Assembly (NCBI RefSeq): GCF_036321535.1
Contig: NC_087437.1
Coordinates: forward strand, 40,922,001 to 40,986,000
Direction: 5' to 3'
DNA: 64,000 bases
DNA from: Camelus dromedarius
Taxonomy: Eukaryota
Shown: positions 1 through 12,312 of the stretch, piece by piece
Layout of the letters: each line of letters begins with the position of its first letter
How positions within the stretch are numbered: the first letter of the stretch is position 1
Position numbers and translations under genes: made by a program
The notes under the pieces: model-generated
Database searches by the model: none
Told to the model about the DNA's origin: nothing
Seen by the model: the letters and a program-made list of their open reading frames with translations, nothing else

Positions 1-785
1 TTGTTCAGATTTTTCCAGCTTTGGCCACTGGGGGCCCTTTCAGTGGACTTCTGTGTCCCTTTGACACATCCCCATCGTTGTGAGTTTTGATATTTGAGCA
101 CTTTCTAAGTTTTTGGCTCTGGAGTATCCTGTGTATTTCCTGCTCCAGTCCTAGCCATTTCTCCAAGGAGATGTGGTTCCTTTTGTTGGAGAATGGTATT
201 GGAAACCAAGATCTGGGTGCAAGGTGTGTTCTTTACTATTGCGGTGTCACTGCTTCTATCCTCTCTTAGCTGATAAAGCAAGGAGATATATGTGTGAATA
301 TATTTCTTTGGGTATATACACATAACTATAAATATTTCTAATAAAGCCATGTGTATCTAAATCAAGCCAAATATAAGTTCGTACTGATGCCTCCAACTTA
401 ATCCATTACCACAGGCACCATTCTAGCTTTTTCCCTTTGTAACCTCCCACTCCAATATTGGAAACCCTGGGTCCCACCATCTGCCATCCATTTGCTTAAT
501 TATTCAGTTCCAGCATACATGTACAGTGGTTTCAGAATTAATAACTTCTACCTCTGTGGGAAACGATGTTATCAACTAGAGTACCATGCTTATGTACCAT
601 TTATTTAGCCTTTAGTTTTTACAGACTCCACTTATTTCCAAAGTTACTTAGATTAACACTCTTTTCCCTTTAGTGAGGTTGTTTCATACTCTTGTAGAAG
701 AGTTAGATTGTTTCATCACAATCTATATCCATGCTGGCACTCTCTGACCTTCCGAATGATTTTTTTAAATTTGTATACATTAAGG

Positions 786-823
<38 letters not shown>

Positions 824-2143
824 CGTAAAGTTCTATGGGTTTTGACAAATACTAAATATCTTGTATTCATCATTACAGTATCATACAGAATAGTTTCACC
901 ACCCTAAAAAAAAAATCTGTACTTTACTTTTTCAAACCCCACCTCCCCCAGCCCCCTGCCAAACCTCTAGCAACTACTGATTTTTACCATCACTGTAGTC
1001 TTGTCTTTTCAAGAAATGTCAAATCATTGGAATTATACAGTATGCAGCTTTTCCAGGCTGGCTTCTTTCACTTAGTAATATGTACTGAAGATTCACCTAT
1101 GTCTTTACATGGCTCGATAGCTCATTCCTTTTTATCACTAAATAATATTCCAATAAGTGGATATACCACAGTTTATCTGTTCATCAATTGAAAGACATTG
1201 TCACTGTTTCCATTTTTTTGGATATTATGAATAAAGCTGCTATAAACATTCACGTGCAAGTTTTTGTGTGGACATAAGTTTTCTAATCTACCGAGCAAAT
1301 ACCTCACAGAGTGATTACTGGTGATCCTGAAAAACTATTTTTATTTTTGAAGGAAACAGGCAAACTGCTTTCCAGTGTTACTGTATCACTTTGCATTCCA
1401 GTGAGCAACAAATGAGAGTTCCTGTTGTTCCTTCTCCTCACCAGCAACTGGTATTGTCAGACTTGGGGGTTTACCATTCTAATAGATGGGTAGTGTTTTC
1501 TTAAAATTGTTTAATTTGAAATTCCCTAATGACAAATGATACTGAGCATCTTTTTGTATGCTCATTTGCCATTTGTATATCTTCTCTGATGAAATGTCTG
1601 TTCACGTCTTTTCCAATTTTTAAACTGGATTGTTTTCTTATTGTTGAGTCTAACAGTCTTTTGTATATTTTATATGCAAGCCTATTACCAGGTATATGTT
1701 TTGCAAATATTTTCTCCCAATCTGTGACTTGTCTTTTCGTTCTCTTAACAGTGTCTTTTGCAGAGCAGAAGTTTTTATTTTTAAGAAAGTTTAAACATAA
1801 TTTTTAACTCATTTCTATTGGTGTTATATCTAAAAACTTACGACCAGACCCAAGACTATAATTTTTCTCCTACCTTTTCAAGAAGTTCCCTACTTTTGCA
1901 TTTTACATTTAAGCTTGTAATCAATTTTGAGTTAATTCTTGTGAAAAGTGTAGGTCCCTGTTTAAGTTTTGTTTTTTTTTTTTTTTTGCATACGGAAGTT
2001 CAGTTGTGCTAACATCATTTGTCCATTGGATTACTTTTGCTCCTTTGTCAAAGATCAGTTGACTCTTGTTGTGTGGGTTTATTTCTGGGCTCTCTATTCT
2101 GTTCCAATGATCTATGTGTCTATTATTTTCCTAATACCATGCT
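1..2143 (-). mobile_element. Old L1M (L1MC/MD-like) ORF2 3' end and 3'UTR, antisense, degenerate
   Basis: Typical antisense L1 motifs (aaagctgctataaacattc, gagcatctttttgtatgctcatttgccattt, tcctttgtcaaagatcagttg). Subfamily tentative. Confidence 0.8.
789..822. repeat. (TG)17 microsatellite
   Basis: Direct observation. Confidence 0.95.
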
Positions 2144-2378
2144 AAAACTGAGATACTTAGAAATAAGTTTTTTTTAAATATGTCTACAACTTATACATTG
2201 AAAGCTACCAAACATTCTGGAGATAATCTAAATAAATGGAGAGATATATCATCTTCATGGATCAGAGAATACATTGTTAGTATGTCAGCTTCTCCCCAAA
2301 CTGATCTATAGATTCAATGCATTCCTCATCAAAATCCCAGCACAGTTTTCTGTAGTGACATGCTTATTCTAAAATTTA

Positions 2379-3184
2379 CAGATCTTCCTTGACTTACAAT
2401 GGGGTTACATCCCGATAAACCCATTGTAAGTTGAAAATATCGTAAGTCAAAAATGCATTTAGTACAACCTACTGAACATCATATAGCCTAGCCTAGCTCA
2501 CCTTAAATATGCTCAGAACACTTACATTAGCTTACAGTTGGACAAAATCATGTAGCACAAAGCCTATTTTATAATAAAGTGCTGAATATCTAATGTAATT
2601 TACTGAATACTATACTGAAAGTGAACAACAGAGTGGTAGTATCAGTGCAGAATGGTGGCGGGTGTGTCAGCCCTTCACCCTCACCATCCCGTGGCCGACT
2701 CGGAGCTGCAGCTCACTGCCCACGGCCCGGCACCATGAGGGTATCGTGCTGCATGTTGCTAGCTTGGGAAAAGACCAAAATTCGAAATTCAAAGTATGAC
2801 TCAACCATAAACAAGAATAAAATAATGCCATTTGCAGCAACATGAATGGACCTGTAGATCATCACACTAAATGAAGTAAGCCAGAAAGAAAAAGAAAAAT
2901 ACCTTATATCACTTACGTGTGGAATCTGGAAAAAAAAAACAAAACACAAATCAACTTGTTTACAAAACAGAGACAGACTCACAGACATAGAAAACAAACT
3001 TGTGGTCACCGGGGGAAAGGGGGTAGGGAGGGATAAATTGTATATACAAATGAATCATGAGGCTATACTTCAATTTTAAGAAGACATAATTTGAAGTATG
3101 GTTTCTACTGAATGCGTATCACTTTTGCACCATTGTAGAACTGAAAAATCCTAAGTTGAACCATCATAAGTCATGGGTCATCTG
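2379..3184 (+). mobile_element. MER47/Tigger5-type non-autonomous DNA transposon
   Basis: Starts CAGATCTTCCTTGACTTACAATGG and ends CCATCATAAGTCATGGGTCATCTG (imperfect TIRs). TA target duplications at 2377-2378 and 3185-3186. Confidence 0.85.
2799..3087 (+). mobile_element. Truncated, internally deleted younger L1 3' fragment inside MER47
   Basis: L1 3' motifs (ataatgccatttgcagcaacatgaatggacct, gactcacagacatagaaaacaaactt); 13-bp TSD at 2786-2798 / 3088-3100. Confidence 0.8.
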
Positions 3185-3382
3185 TATATGGAAATTTCAA
3201 GGACTAGAATATTCAAAACAATCTTGAAAAAAACTATTGGAGTACTTACACTTCATGGTTTCAAAACTTAATACAAAGATATGCTAATCAAGTCAGTGTT
3301 GGATGGGCAGAACGATAGAACTGAGAGTCCAGAAATAAACCTTGCACTTATGATCAATTAATTTTCAGTAAGAATGCCTAGA

Positions 3383-3529
3383 CAGGAGGGAGGGTATATC
3401 TCAGTAGCAGAGTGTATGTTTAGCATGCACGAGGTCCTGGGTTTAATCCCCAGGACCCCATCAAAATAAATCTAAATAAATAAATAAACCTAATTACCTA
3501 CCCCCAACCAAGAAAAAAAAAAGAAGAAG
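3383..3529 (+). mobile_element. tRNA-derived SINE, camelid Vic-1-like
   Basis: Head gggagggtatatctcagtagcagag (A box), ggtttaatccc (B box), A-rich tail; perfect 13-bp TSD aagaatgcctaga (3370-3382 / 3530-3542). Confidence 0.85.
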
Positions 3530-3876
3530 AAGAATGCCTAGATCATTCAATTAGGAATGAATAATATTTTCAACAAATGGTGTTGGGACAACTGGATATC
3601 CACATGCAAAACAATGAAGTCAGACTACTACCTCACACAAATAATAATAAAAAAAACTCAAAATGGATTATAGACCTAAAAGTAAGAGCTAAAACAATCA
3701 AACTCTTAGAGGAAAACATAGGAGTAAATGTTCATGACCTTAGGTTAGGCAATAGTTTCTTACACATGACACAAAAGTGCAGCAACAACAACAATAAAAA
3801 TAGATAAATTGGACTTTCTCAAAATCAAAAATTTTTGTGCTTTAAGGGACACTGTTAAGAGAGTGAAAAGTCAACC

Positions 3877-4737
3877 GAGGCAAAGATTCAAAACAATAAC
3901 AACACCAAATGTTAGTGAGAATGTGGAACCACAGGAATGTTCATCCAGTGCTTGTGGAAATTTTCAATGGTACAGCCACTTTGGAAGAGATTTTCTTACA
4001 AAACTAAGCATACTCTTACCATATGATCCAGCAATCATGCTCCTTGGTATTTAGCCAAAGGAAATGAAAACTTATGTCAACACAAAAGCCTGCACACAGA
4101 GGTTTATAGCAGCTTTAATCATAATCACCAAAACTTGGAAGCAACCAAGATATCCTTCAACAGATGAATTGGTAAGTAACTGTGGTACATCCAGACAACA
4201 GAATGTATGTATTTCAGCACTGAAAAGAAATGAGCTCTCAAGCCATGAAAAGACATAGAAGAAACTTAAACTCATCTGATTAAGTTAAATAAGTCACTCT
4301 GAAAAGGCTATAGAGTGAATGATTCCAACTATATGACATTCTGGAAAAGGCAAACTATAAGGACAGTAAAAAGTTCCATGGTTCCCGGGGAAAGGAGAGG
4401 GGAGGGAGGGAGGAATAGCTGGAGCGCAGGGTGTGTTTAGGGTAGTGAAACTACCCTATATGATACCGTAGTGGTGGGTTCATGTCATATATTTGTCAAA
4501 AACCATGTAATTCGCAAAACCAAGAGTGAACCTTTATGTAAACTACTGACTCTGAGTGACAGTGAAGTGTCACTATAGGTCATCAGTTATAACAAATGTA
4601 CCATTCTGGTACAGAGGGATGTTGATAGTAGAGGAGGCTGTGCATGTATGGGGACAGGGTGTACATGAGAACTCTCTGTACTTATGCTCAATTTTGCTGT
4701 GAATTTAAAATTTCTCTGAAAAATAGTCTATTTTTTG
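3877..4737 (+). mobile_element. Second L1 3' end (L1MC-like) nested in the L1MB-like element
   Basis: Independent L1 ORF2 end and 3'UTR, flanked by gtcaacc at 3870-3876 and 4738-4744; the host L1 resumes afterwards. Confidence 0.7.
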
Positions 4738-6749
4738 GTCAACCCATAGAATGAGTGAAAATATTTGCAAATAGTATACCTGATAATACATTTGCTTCCA
4801 GAATATATAAAGAACTCTTACAACCCAATAATAAAGGCAAATAATCTGGTTAAAAATGATCATAAGACTTTAATGGACATTTTTCCAAAGAAGAGCTACA
4901 GGTAGCCAGTAAGTATGTGAAATTATGCTCATCATCATTAGCCATTATGGAAATGCAAATCAACACTGCACCAATGAAGACACCACTCCACACTCACTAG
5001 GATGGCTATAGTAAAAAAAGACAGTGTTTGTGAGAATGTGGAGAAATTGGAACCTCATGCATGGCTCTGGGGATGGTAAAATGGTGCAGCTGTTTTGGAA
5101 AATAGTTCAGCAGCTCTTCAAATGTTAAACAGAGAATGACCGTATGACCTAGAAATTCCACATCTGAGTGTATACCCAATATAACTTAAAACAGGCGCCC
5201 AAACAAAAACTTGTCCAATAAAGTTCGGAAACACTGTTCACAATAGCAAAAGGTGGAAACAAGCCAAATGTCTATCAACTGATGAATGGAAAAACAAAAT
5301 GTGGTATATCCATAGAATGGAAAATTATTTGGCAATAAAAAGAAATGAAATATTAATACATGCTACATGGATGAACATTGAAAACGTTGTACTAAGTGGA
5401 AGAACCATACACAAAGGCCACATCATGTATGATTCCATTCATATGAAATGTCCTGAATGGGCAAATCCACAGCAATGAAAGATTGGGGTTATAAGGAGGT
5501 GGCTGGAGGGGAGAGTGGGGAATGACTGCTAACGTATATGGAGTTTCTTTGTATGGAGATGAAAATGTTTTGAAATTAGTGTTGAAGGCTGCACAACCCT
5601 GTGCATACACTACATAGCACTGAATTGTATACCTTAAAAGGGTGAATCTTATGATACATGAATTATGTCTCAGTAAAGCTGCTGTAAAAATAATTGACTG
5701 GGTTGGCAAAAAACTCAATAGCTAGAGTGTGGTGATGTTTTATTAAACTATCCCAGAGACTTCAGAGGATTACAAGCAAACTTGCCATTTCTAATATATA
5801 TAGTCAAGTTAAAATAAACTGGGTAAATGCTTGATTTGTGTTTTAAAACAAATTGAAAGTCTACAGCCAAGTTCTCTCACTACACCACAAAGAGTATAGC
5901 TTCATTTGTTGTTTGCCAAAACTCACTCCATTTTCTTGACTGAAGTGGTCCTTTAGATGGACACTATAGAGCTAAAAGAGTGCAGAAGAATTAAATTCTG
6001 ATTTATCCCCTAAAATCCCATGGAAAATTTAAATGGCCAAATTTTAGAAGAGCTCACTCAAAAACTCTCTTAAAAATATAAAGGCATAAGTCACAGCCAA
6101 ATTAAGTGAAAAACTCCTCCCTCCCGGATCTTTTATTCAAGAACAGAATTTAATGCCTGATCAGCAGTGTTCATGAGCTGATCACCTTATCAGTTGCCTC
6201 TGGAAATTCCCAGGTAGGCTGTCCAGCCACCGCTTGCATTTACTCATGCCACTGTCTCACTTCTCGTTGCTAGGACACCACTTCTTGATGACCTATTGGA
6301 ATATTAAAAATTTATTTCTAATCAAGTTTTTATTTTACATGGCTTCAGGAAAAGAAGAAAACAAGGTCTGATGCACACATAAAACAGCTTCCAGAATGAA
6401 TTTAAACCTCTGGTAATAATTCTAAACTCATTTTTTATTTAAAAATTGAAAAACCTGATTTTATCATTTAAATTGCAAGTTTTAGCCTTGTGTTAGTAGT
6501 TTGTCCATCAGTGGAGGGGGAGGTCATATCACAGAATCCTTTCCTTCTAAAATGGCTGGCTAATTTTGTCTCTCAAAGATGAAACCTCCAGGGTATAGAA
6601 AAAAATCCTCTTTCAGAGAAGACTCATTTTCTTCTTATTTTTTAGGGCTTCCAGGTTCAAAACTACAAACTGGAACAATCTATTTTCTTGACTTCTAAAA
6701 GTGACAGAGATTAGAAGGTTAAAAAAAAACTGGTATTACTCTATTTTTT

Positions 6750-7620
6750 TATTCCAATTAATTCAGTTCAGTGATGGTGTGCCGAATACCCTCTATGCAC
6801 AAGTCACAGTACTAACCAATGTGGACGGTGTAGCGGTGAATTGGCAGCAGTCACTGTCTTCCAGATGGTCATAAACTAGTGAAGAAATGGGCAAGGGCAC
6901 CATGTCAGTGTCAGTCCCAGGGGAGCAGGGGACTGAGTCAGTCCAGGCGCAGCGGGTAGAGTCCCGGCACCTGCTCTGGGTCTGCAGAAACACAGGTGGG
7001 GAGCCTGCGTTGGTTGGGCGTGATCCAAAGGGGTAGTTAAGTACGCAGCATCGTCAGGGCACTAGAGCACCACAGAGCAACTGCTCGAAGCTGGTGGCCA
7101 CACAAGGCAAGCTAATGGGTGAAAAAATTCACAGGGCAGGGCTCATCAGGCACTCCTACATGGCGCCTGTGGCCTCCGCCCCGGACGCTGAGTGGGGCTG
7201 GTAAAGGCGGACAAGACCTAACTCTGACTTGTTAATACCATGGGGTGGGGACAACCCTATCTAACGAGAGGCTAGCTGAGGTTCAAGAAGGCTTTGCAAG
7301 CAGCGTGATAGTTAAGCGGGGCCCTAAAGAACGGGTAGGACTTCACTAAATTGAAGTTCACGAAATGGGCACACAAAGTACAAAGAAGAGGAAAACAAAA
7401 TATGAAGGCTGGAGACCGCTGCTGTGGTAAAGCAAAGGCTAGATAGAAACGGTGGGCCAGGAGTGGGGAATGTGTTCCGCTGTGGGGTGAGGAGACAGCG
7501 TGGCACGGGGTCCTGGGCCAGATTCAGAGGGGCCTTGAAATGCCATGCTGTGCAATTTGGACTTTATTCCATATGCGCAGTGAGGCTCCATCCAGGGTTG
7601 TTGAGGAATGCAATGTCGTA
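6750..7620 (-). mobile_element. Patchy L2 fragments (approximate span)
   Basis: L2-like phrases (ggggccttgaaatgccatgctgtgcaatttggactttattc); highly diverged. Confidence 0.45.
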
Positions 7621-7696
7621 AAATACTACCTTTCAGTAAGAAGCTTACGAAGCAACTTGGCTCAGTTAACAGTTAAAAATTATTTGCTTTTAAACT

Positions 7697-8693
7697 TGTC
7701 CTAGTGATCCTCCTTGTGACCCTTAGCTCCCTTCTTCCTCTTCCCTCTCCTGCGCTGTGCCCCAGGAGGTGGACTTCACCAGGCTCCCTTGCCCTCTGCC
7801 TTCCAGCAGGACGTGGCCAATGGAAGGAGAGAGAGGTAGGCATGTGTCTGGTCAGTGTTCCTCCACCAAGGCCTCAGCTCTTGTAAAGTGTCCCCTTTCT
7901 ACAGCTGCAGCTCTCACCGAGTTCTGGTTACTGCTTCCTTCTCCTGCCCCTTCAGGGCTACGGGTGGTAACAATTCCAGCTGTTGCCAGCCCTGGATGCC
8001 TCATCATCCCTAAAACTTTCTCTTTACCTTGATGTAAAGGTAAACCTAGGCGAGGGGAAGGTTATGTAAGGCCACCCTCAGTTTAGATGAGTCACTAAGA
8101 GGCTCACCATATGGCTCAACATATAGTCATACTCATGGCTTAGATTTATTACAGCAAAAGGACACAAAGCAAAATCAGAAAAGGTGAAAGGTACATGGAG
8201 TAAAGTCTGGAAGAAACCAGACACGAGGTCCAAGAGTGCTGTCCCAGTGGAATCACACAAGACATGCTTAATTCTTCCCACAATGAGTGTGACAGCAGTG
8301 TGCAATATTATCTACCAGGAGAGCGCATTAGAGACTCAGTGCTCAAGATTTTTACTGGGGGCTGTTCACATTGGCCCCCCTCCTCTGTCTAGCACATACC
8401 AAAATGCCAGAGTCTTAGAAGGAAAGTAGGTGTTCGGCATAAACCGTATTGTTTACACAAACAACGTAGGCACAGTGAACCATTCTTATCAGGGGACAGT
8501 AGGGACCCTCTCCAAACCCAAGTTCCCAGATGCCCACCAAGGACCAACTTTGCAAGTCGGCCTTCCTAAGGATAGCAATCTACTCTTAACTTTTTTCAGT
8601 ATACGTTCTGCAAATAATTTCTTCGTTCAAGACTTTTCAATCAAATTCTTTCAAATATGCCATCTGTTTTCTCCTGGAAACCTAATAACTACA
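7697..8693 (+). mobile_element. LTR33-like ERVL solo LTR, split by a MER21-like LTR
   Basis: TG...CA ends; motifs tgtgccccaggagg, ctcccttgccctctg and tgccatctgttttctcctgg; near 5-bp TSD aaact/aaaca. Confidence 0.65.
8030..8602 (-). mobile_element. MER21-like LTR
   Basis: catatagtcatactcatggcttagatttattacagcaaaaggacacaaagcaaaatcag is characteristic of antisense MER21. Confidence 0.7.
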
Positions 8694-8816
8694 AAACAGT
8701 ATCTATATCTGTCTGTCTATGTATCTGTTCATACACATGTATAAATTGATGGGCCGTCACTTCTGCAAACTCACGACTTTTCTCCGCAGTTTTACTTCAG
8801 AATTTCCCTAGTCTGA

Positions 8817-8925
8817 TAATGAATGTATGTATGTTCATGTATAACTGAAAAATTGTGCTATACACTGGAATTTGACACAACATTGTAAAATGACTATAAT
8901 TCAATTTAAAAATTAAAAAAAAAAA
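8817..8925 (+). mobile_element. Short 5'-truncated L1 3' tail with poly(A)
   Basis: gtataactgaaaaattgtgctatacac...acaacattgtaaaatgactataattcaat(A)n; TSD core agaatttccc at 8799-8808 / 8926-8935. Confidence 0.8.
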
Positions 8926-9454
8926 AGAATTTCCCCGATCTGAGACCCACCAGGACATGAGGGCACCCAAAGTACCCCTGGGCCACTGAGGCACGGCTTC
9001 ACTGTGAATACTCCCCATCTTCACAGTCACATGATTGAGCATCTCTCTGCATTTGTCCCCTGGGTCCCCTCTGGGGATGGATTCTGTTCCTGACTCCCAG
9101 GCTGTTCATCTGAGACTCTCAAACACTCCCCACCACTTAACATCTCTTGTACTGGGGCTAGGCCCTTTGCAGTTCAGCCAGAAGACAAGGAACCCCACCA
9201 TCCCCACCATCTGACTTTCAACTTGGCCCTTTTTAAAATCTCTTGACCCTGTCACTGCCTAAATGGACCTTGAGTTTTCAAAGCCGCAGTAGATGCGTGG
9301 TTAACTGAACCTTTAGGCATTTTCATGCCCCCCCCACCCCCAACCATGATGCCCACCACCCAACTGGGACAGTCCCCTTATGCCTTACCCACTAGGCTCC
9401 GGCTTTTTTACCCGCTTCCCTCAGGTCCAAGCCCATCCCAGCTTCCTTTCCTGC

Positions 9455-9960
9455 CATTGTAAATACTTTGGCTGTCTACTGTTCCATTTAAAAACTGCGT
9501 TAAATTTAGAGGCTTAAATCATCAACCATTTTATGGTACCTCATGCTTGTGTAGGTCGGGAATTTGGGCAGCGTTTGGCTGGACCAGTCTCCTCCACGTC
9601 ATGTCATCTAAGGCAACGTGGTGGTATTCAACTAGCAGCGGGGCCGGCTCAGAGGGTCCAGGAGTCTGGAAGCCTGGCTCAGTGGGTCTCCTCTCCACTT
9701 CCACGTGGTCTCAGGGCCTCTCCGTGTGGTTCCTCCGGCAGCTTGGTCATATTTCCCACACGAGAGCCAAGGCTCCAGGAAACCACGAGAGAAGCTACCA
9801 GTCCTTTACAGGCCCAGCCTGGGGCCGAGACAGCATCACTCCTGCCATATTCTATTGCTCCGAGCAACCACAGGCCAGCTTTGGATTCAAGGAGAAAGAG
9901 AATAGCCCCTGCCTCTCACTGGGGGACGTGTCAGAGAATGCATGGCCAAATTTGTGGAGG
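9455..9960 (-). mobile_element. MLT1-type MaLR LTR (approximate)
   Basis: aaatttagaggcttaaa...gtaggtcgggaatttgggcag...ctgccatattctattg, an antisense MLT1 pattern. Confidence 0.6.
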
Positions 9961-11099
9961 TTCCCGCATCTCATAGCCCAGTATATTCAGATTATGACCA
10001 GAGACATATGTTAAACAAAGCACCCCAAACCACAGCTTGCTATTCCCAGTTTGAGAGTCACCAGCTAGAAATGGAACGCTGAGAATCACAGCGGCAGAGC
10101 CAGCCCTGGCGCACAGTAGGGTATCCGCAAGCTTCGCTCTCTAGTTTCCCTCCTTGTCTCTCTAGCACTGCGCACAGTAATGTCTCAGGCTAAAGAATCC
10201 TTGTCCCTTCCAGGCACTAAAGTCTGAGTCCCTCACAGCAGGAGGGTTATAAATCACAAACATGAGACTGGATTTTGCAGCAGAGCTGGTGTTGCAGATC
10301 CTTTGGCAGTGACTCTTTCTCACCTTGTCTTTTTCTTTTTTCAGAGGAGCATCTGTCAGGGGATGGGGTGTCCTTCTGTGCTTGTGTTTGTTTCCCTCCT
10401 GGTTAAGGCCAGGCCACCGTGCCCCAGGCGCAGGATGACTGTGGTCCTCCTGAGGCCAGTCCAGGAGGCTGTGTTCAGGCCTTGTGCTCAGGGTCACAGA
10501 GGGTGAAACCACCATAGAGGAAGCCCCCTGGAGAAGCCCCCTGGACAGTGTCCAGGAGACCCTCCTACTGAATTCCACCTTCTCGAGAAGCTCCTGTGGG
10601 TGAGATTCCAGCACCCAGATGATTGTCACCCCAAAAGGCATACATGCAACCTGTGTAAAATTGCCTGGTGGAAGCACAAAGGGACACCAATAGGAGAGAC
10701 AGAGCACCGGGGGGAGGGGATTTTGAAAGACTCTGGACATCTTACTGAATAATGTGTGCTGCTTCTACACACATTTTTAAAGTAGAAAAACAGTAAGAGG
10801 CATTTGCAGCAGTAGCACACACAAAGCCCTCTCACCGCTGAAGTCCGCCGGGAACCTGCCTTGGCGCTCCGTGATGCTCAGCCCTTGTATGGGCGATGAA
10901 ATTACCATTCCACACTTCGTCCACAGTAGTTCTCCCACCCACATTGCAAAGCACCTTCTCATGGGATACCACTTCACACACCGGAGGGCTGTCCGCCACA
11001 CAGGGCTGTTAGACGCACACCCCCCTCACAGAAGAGGGCAGCGCCCAGGGAGGCCCCTGAGGGCCACGTTGTGTACCCCTGCTTGAACCAAAGAACAGC

Positions 11100-11790
11100 T
11101 CAAACTTTGCATGAGCGATCTGCCCCTAACAAACGATAGTGACTATCGGGACCAATCTGATTCTTTGTCTTAAGAATCTGAATGTGAGGCATGGGAAGCA
11201 GAAGCAGAGAGACATGCAGAGAGAAGACAGGAGCAAAGGCCAAGCAGCAGCGGAGGTCACAATTTGATAGAAGACGTGAGTAAGTAAAAGCCATAGAGGA
11301 ACCAGAAGATATTAGACTGCAGAATCCACTAAAGAAGGAAAAAGAGGAAGGGCAGGGAGGAGGAAGGAGAAGAAGGGAAGAGGGCGAGGGGAACAAGAAC
11401 AAGAGCAAGAAGGAGCCTTGAGCAAGTGGAAGTTAAAGGACAGATACACTGGAGAGGAAGGTGGTTGGCTGGAGGATGAATAACAGAGTCCAGGAGCTGA
11501 GTCCCCCCAGTTACAGAGCAGCTCACATGGGACTGACAACTCCAGCTGCCAAGGGGATGTCCAGGTGGCCCAGGCCCTAGAACTGCACCCAATGACTTCC
11601 TAATTCACAGACCCTGCTCCCTCCTCTCCGTCTGAGGCCTGATTGAGCAACTTCTCCTGGGTCCCCATGAGGACTGGCCACAAGGCTGACGGCATAATCT
11701 GCTTATGCCCAAGAGTTTCTTCACAAGAAATCTCCTACTATTTGAAGTGAATTGAGTAAGTGCCTATTTCTTGCTGCCCAAAAGACTAAC
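11100..11790 (+). mobile_element. MLT1K/L-like MaLR LTR with an internal purine-rich stretch (approximate)
   Basis: ggaccaatctgattctttgtcttaagaatctgaa, and a 3' end cctatttcttgctgcccaaaagactaac. Confidence 0.45.
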
Positions 11791-12116
11791 TCACTCCACG
11801 GTTGTCATAAAAACCATAAGTATATTCTTCACAAACCAAATATAGGATGAGGAAAACGTCAACGCTCTTAAAAGTTTGGTTTATCAATTCTGTCACTGTG
11901 ACAATACAGTTTTAAGACAGTACAGATTTAAGAAGCGATTGTTTTTACACCTTTTCTTTAGCTCTCCTAGTGAGACCACTGACAAGACGATGGCACCAGA
12001 TCAAGCCTCTGTTTTCAAACCAGAACCCAATTCTATATATAGGAAGTGTTCAGTAAATGTTAACCACTGCAGTCGACAGAAAGTATTGATGATATAATGT
12101 CCCAGAGGTTATAAAT

Positions 12117-12312
12117 CAGGGGTGAGACCACCTACTTGGGGGCATCTGAAATCAAGTTGGAACATTTTTACTTGTCAGTGAGTGGGGTCTTCTCTTGGCA
12201 TTTAATGGGAAAGGGTCAGGAATGCTAAAATCCATGCAATGTTCATGACAGTCCTATACAGTGAAGAATTGTCCTGGTAAAAATGCAAATGCTGTCACCT
12301 TTAAGAAGCACT
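12117..12312 (+). mobile_element. MER20-like hAT-Charlie element
   Basis: ggcatttaatggg...ggtcaggaatgctaaaatccatgcaatg...gaagaattgtcctgg...ttaagaagcact. Confidence 0.6.

Larger units (their letters stand above)
2185..5692 (+). mobile_element. L1MB-like LINE-1 ORF2 3' region and 3'UTR, interrupted by nested insertions
   Basis: ORF2 remnants (KWIIDLKVRAKTIKLLEENIG; DFLKIKNFCA) and a 3' end gaattatgtctcagtaaagctgctgtaaaaa; many stops and frameshifts. Confidence 0.85.

Noticed and set aside
3577..4258. ORFs with recognisable protein similarity (3577-3807, 3809-4054, 4064-4258)
   Set aside because: Decayed LINE-1 ORF2 remnants broken by stops and frameshifts; not host genes.
9533..10014. Overlapping 147/155-aa ORFs
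   Set aside because: They lie in an MLT1 LTR remnant and show no protein similarity.
10162..10740. Longest ORF in the track (192 aa, minus strand)
   Set aside because: No recognisable domain or exon structure; a chance ORF in GC-richer DNA.
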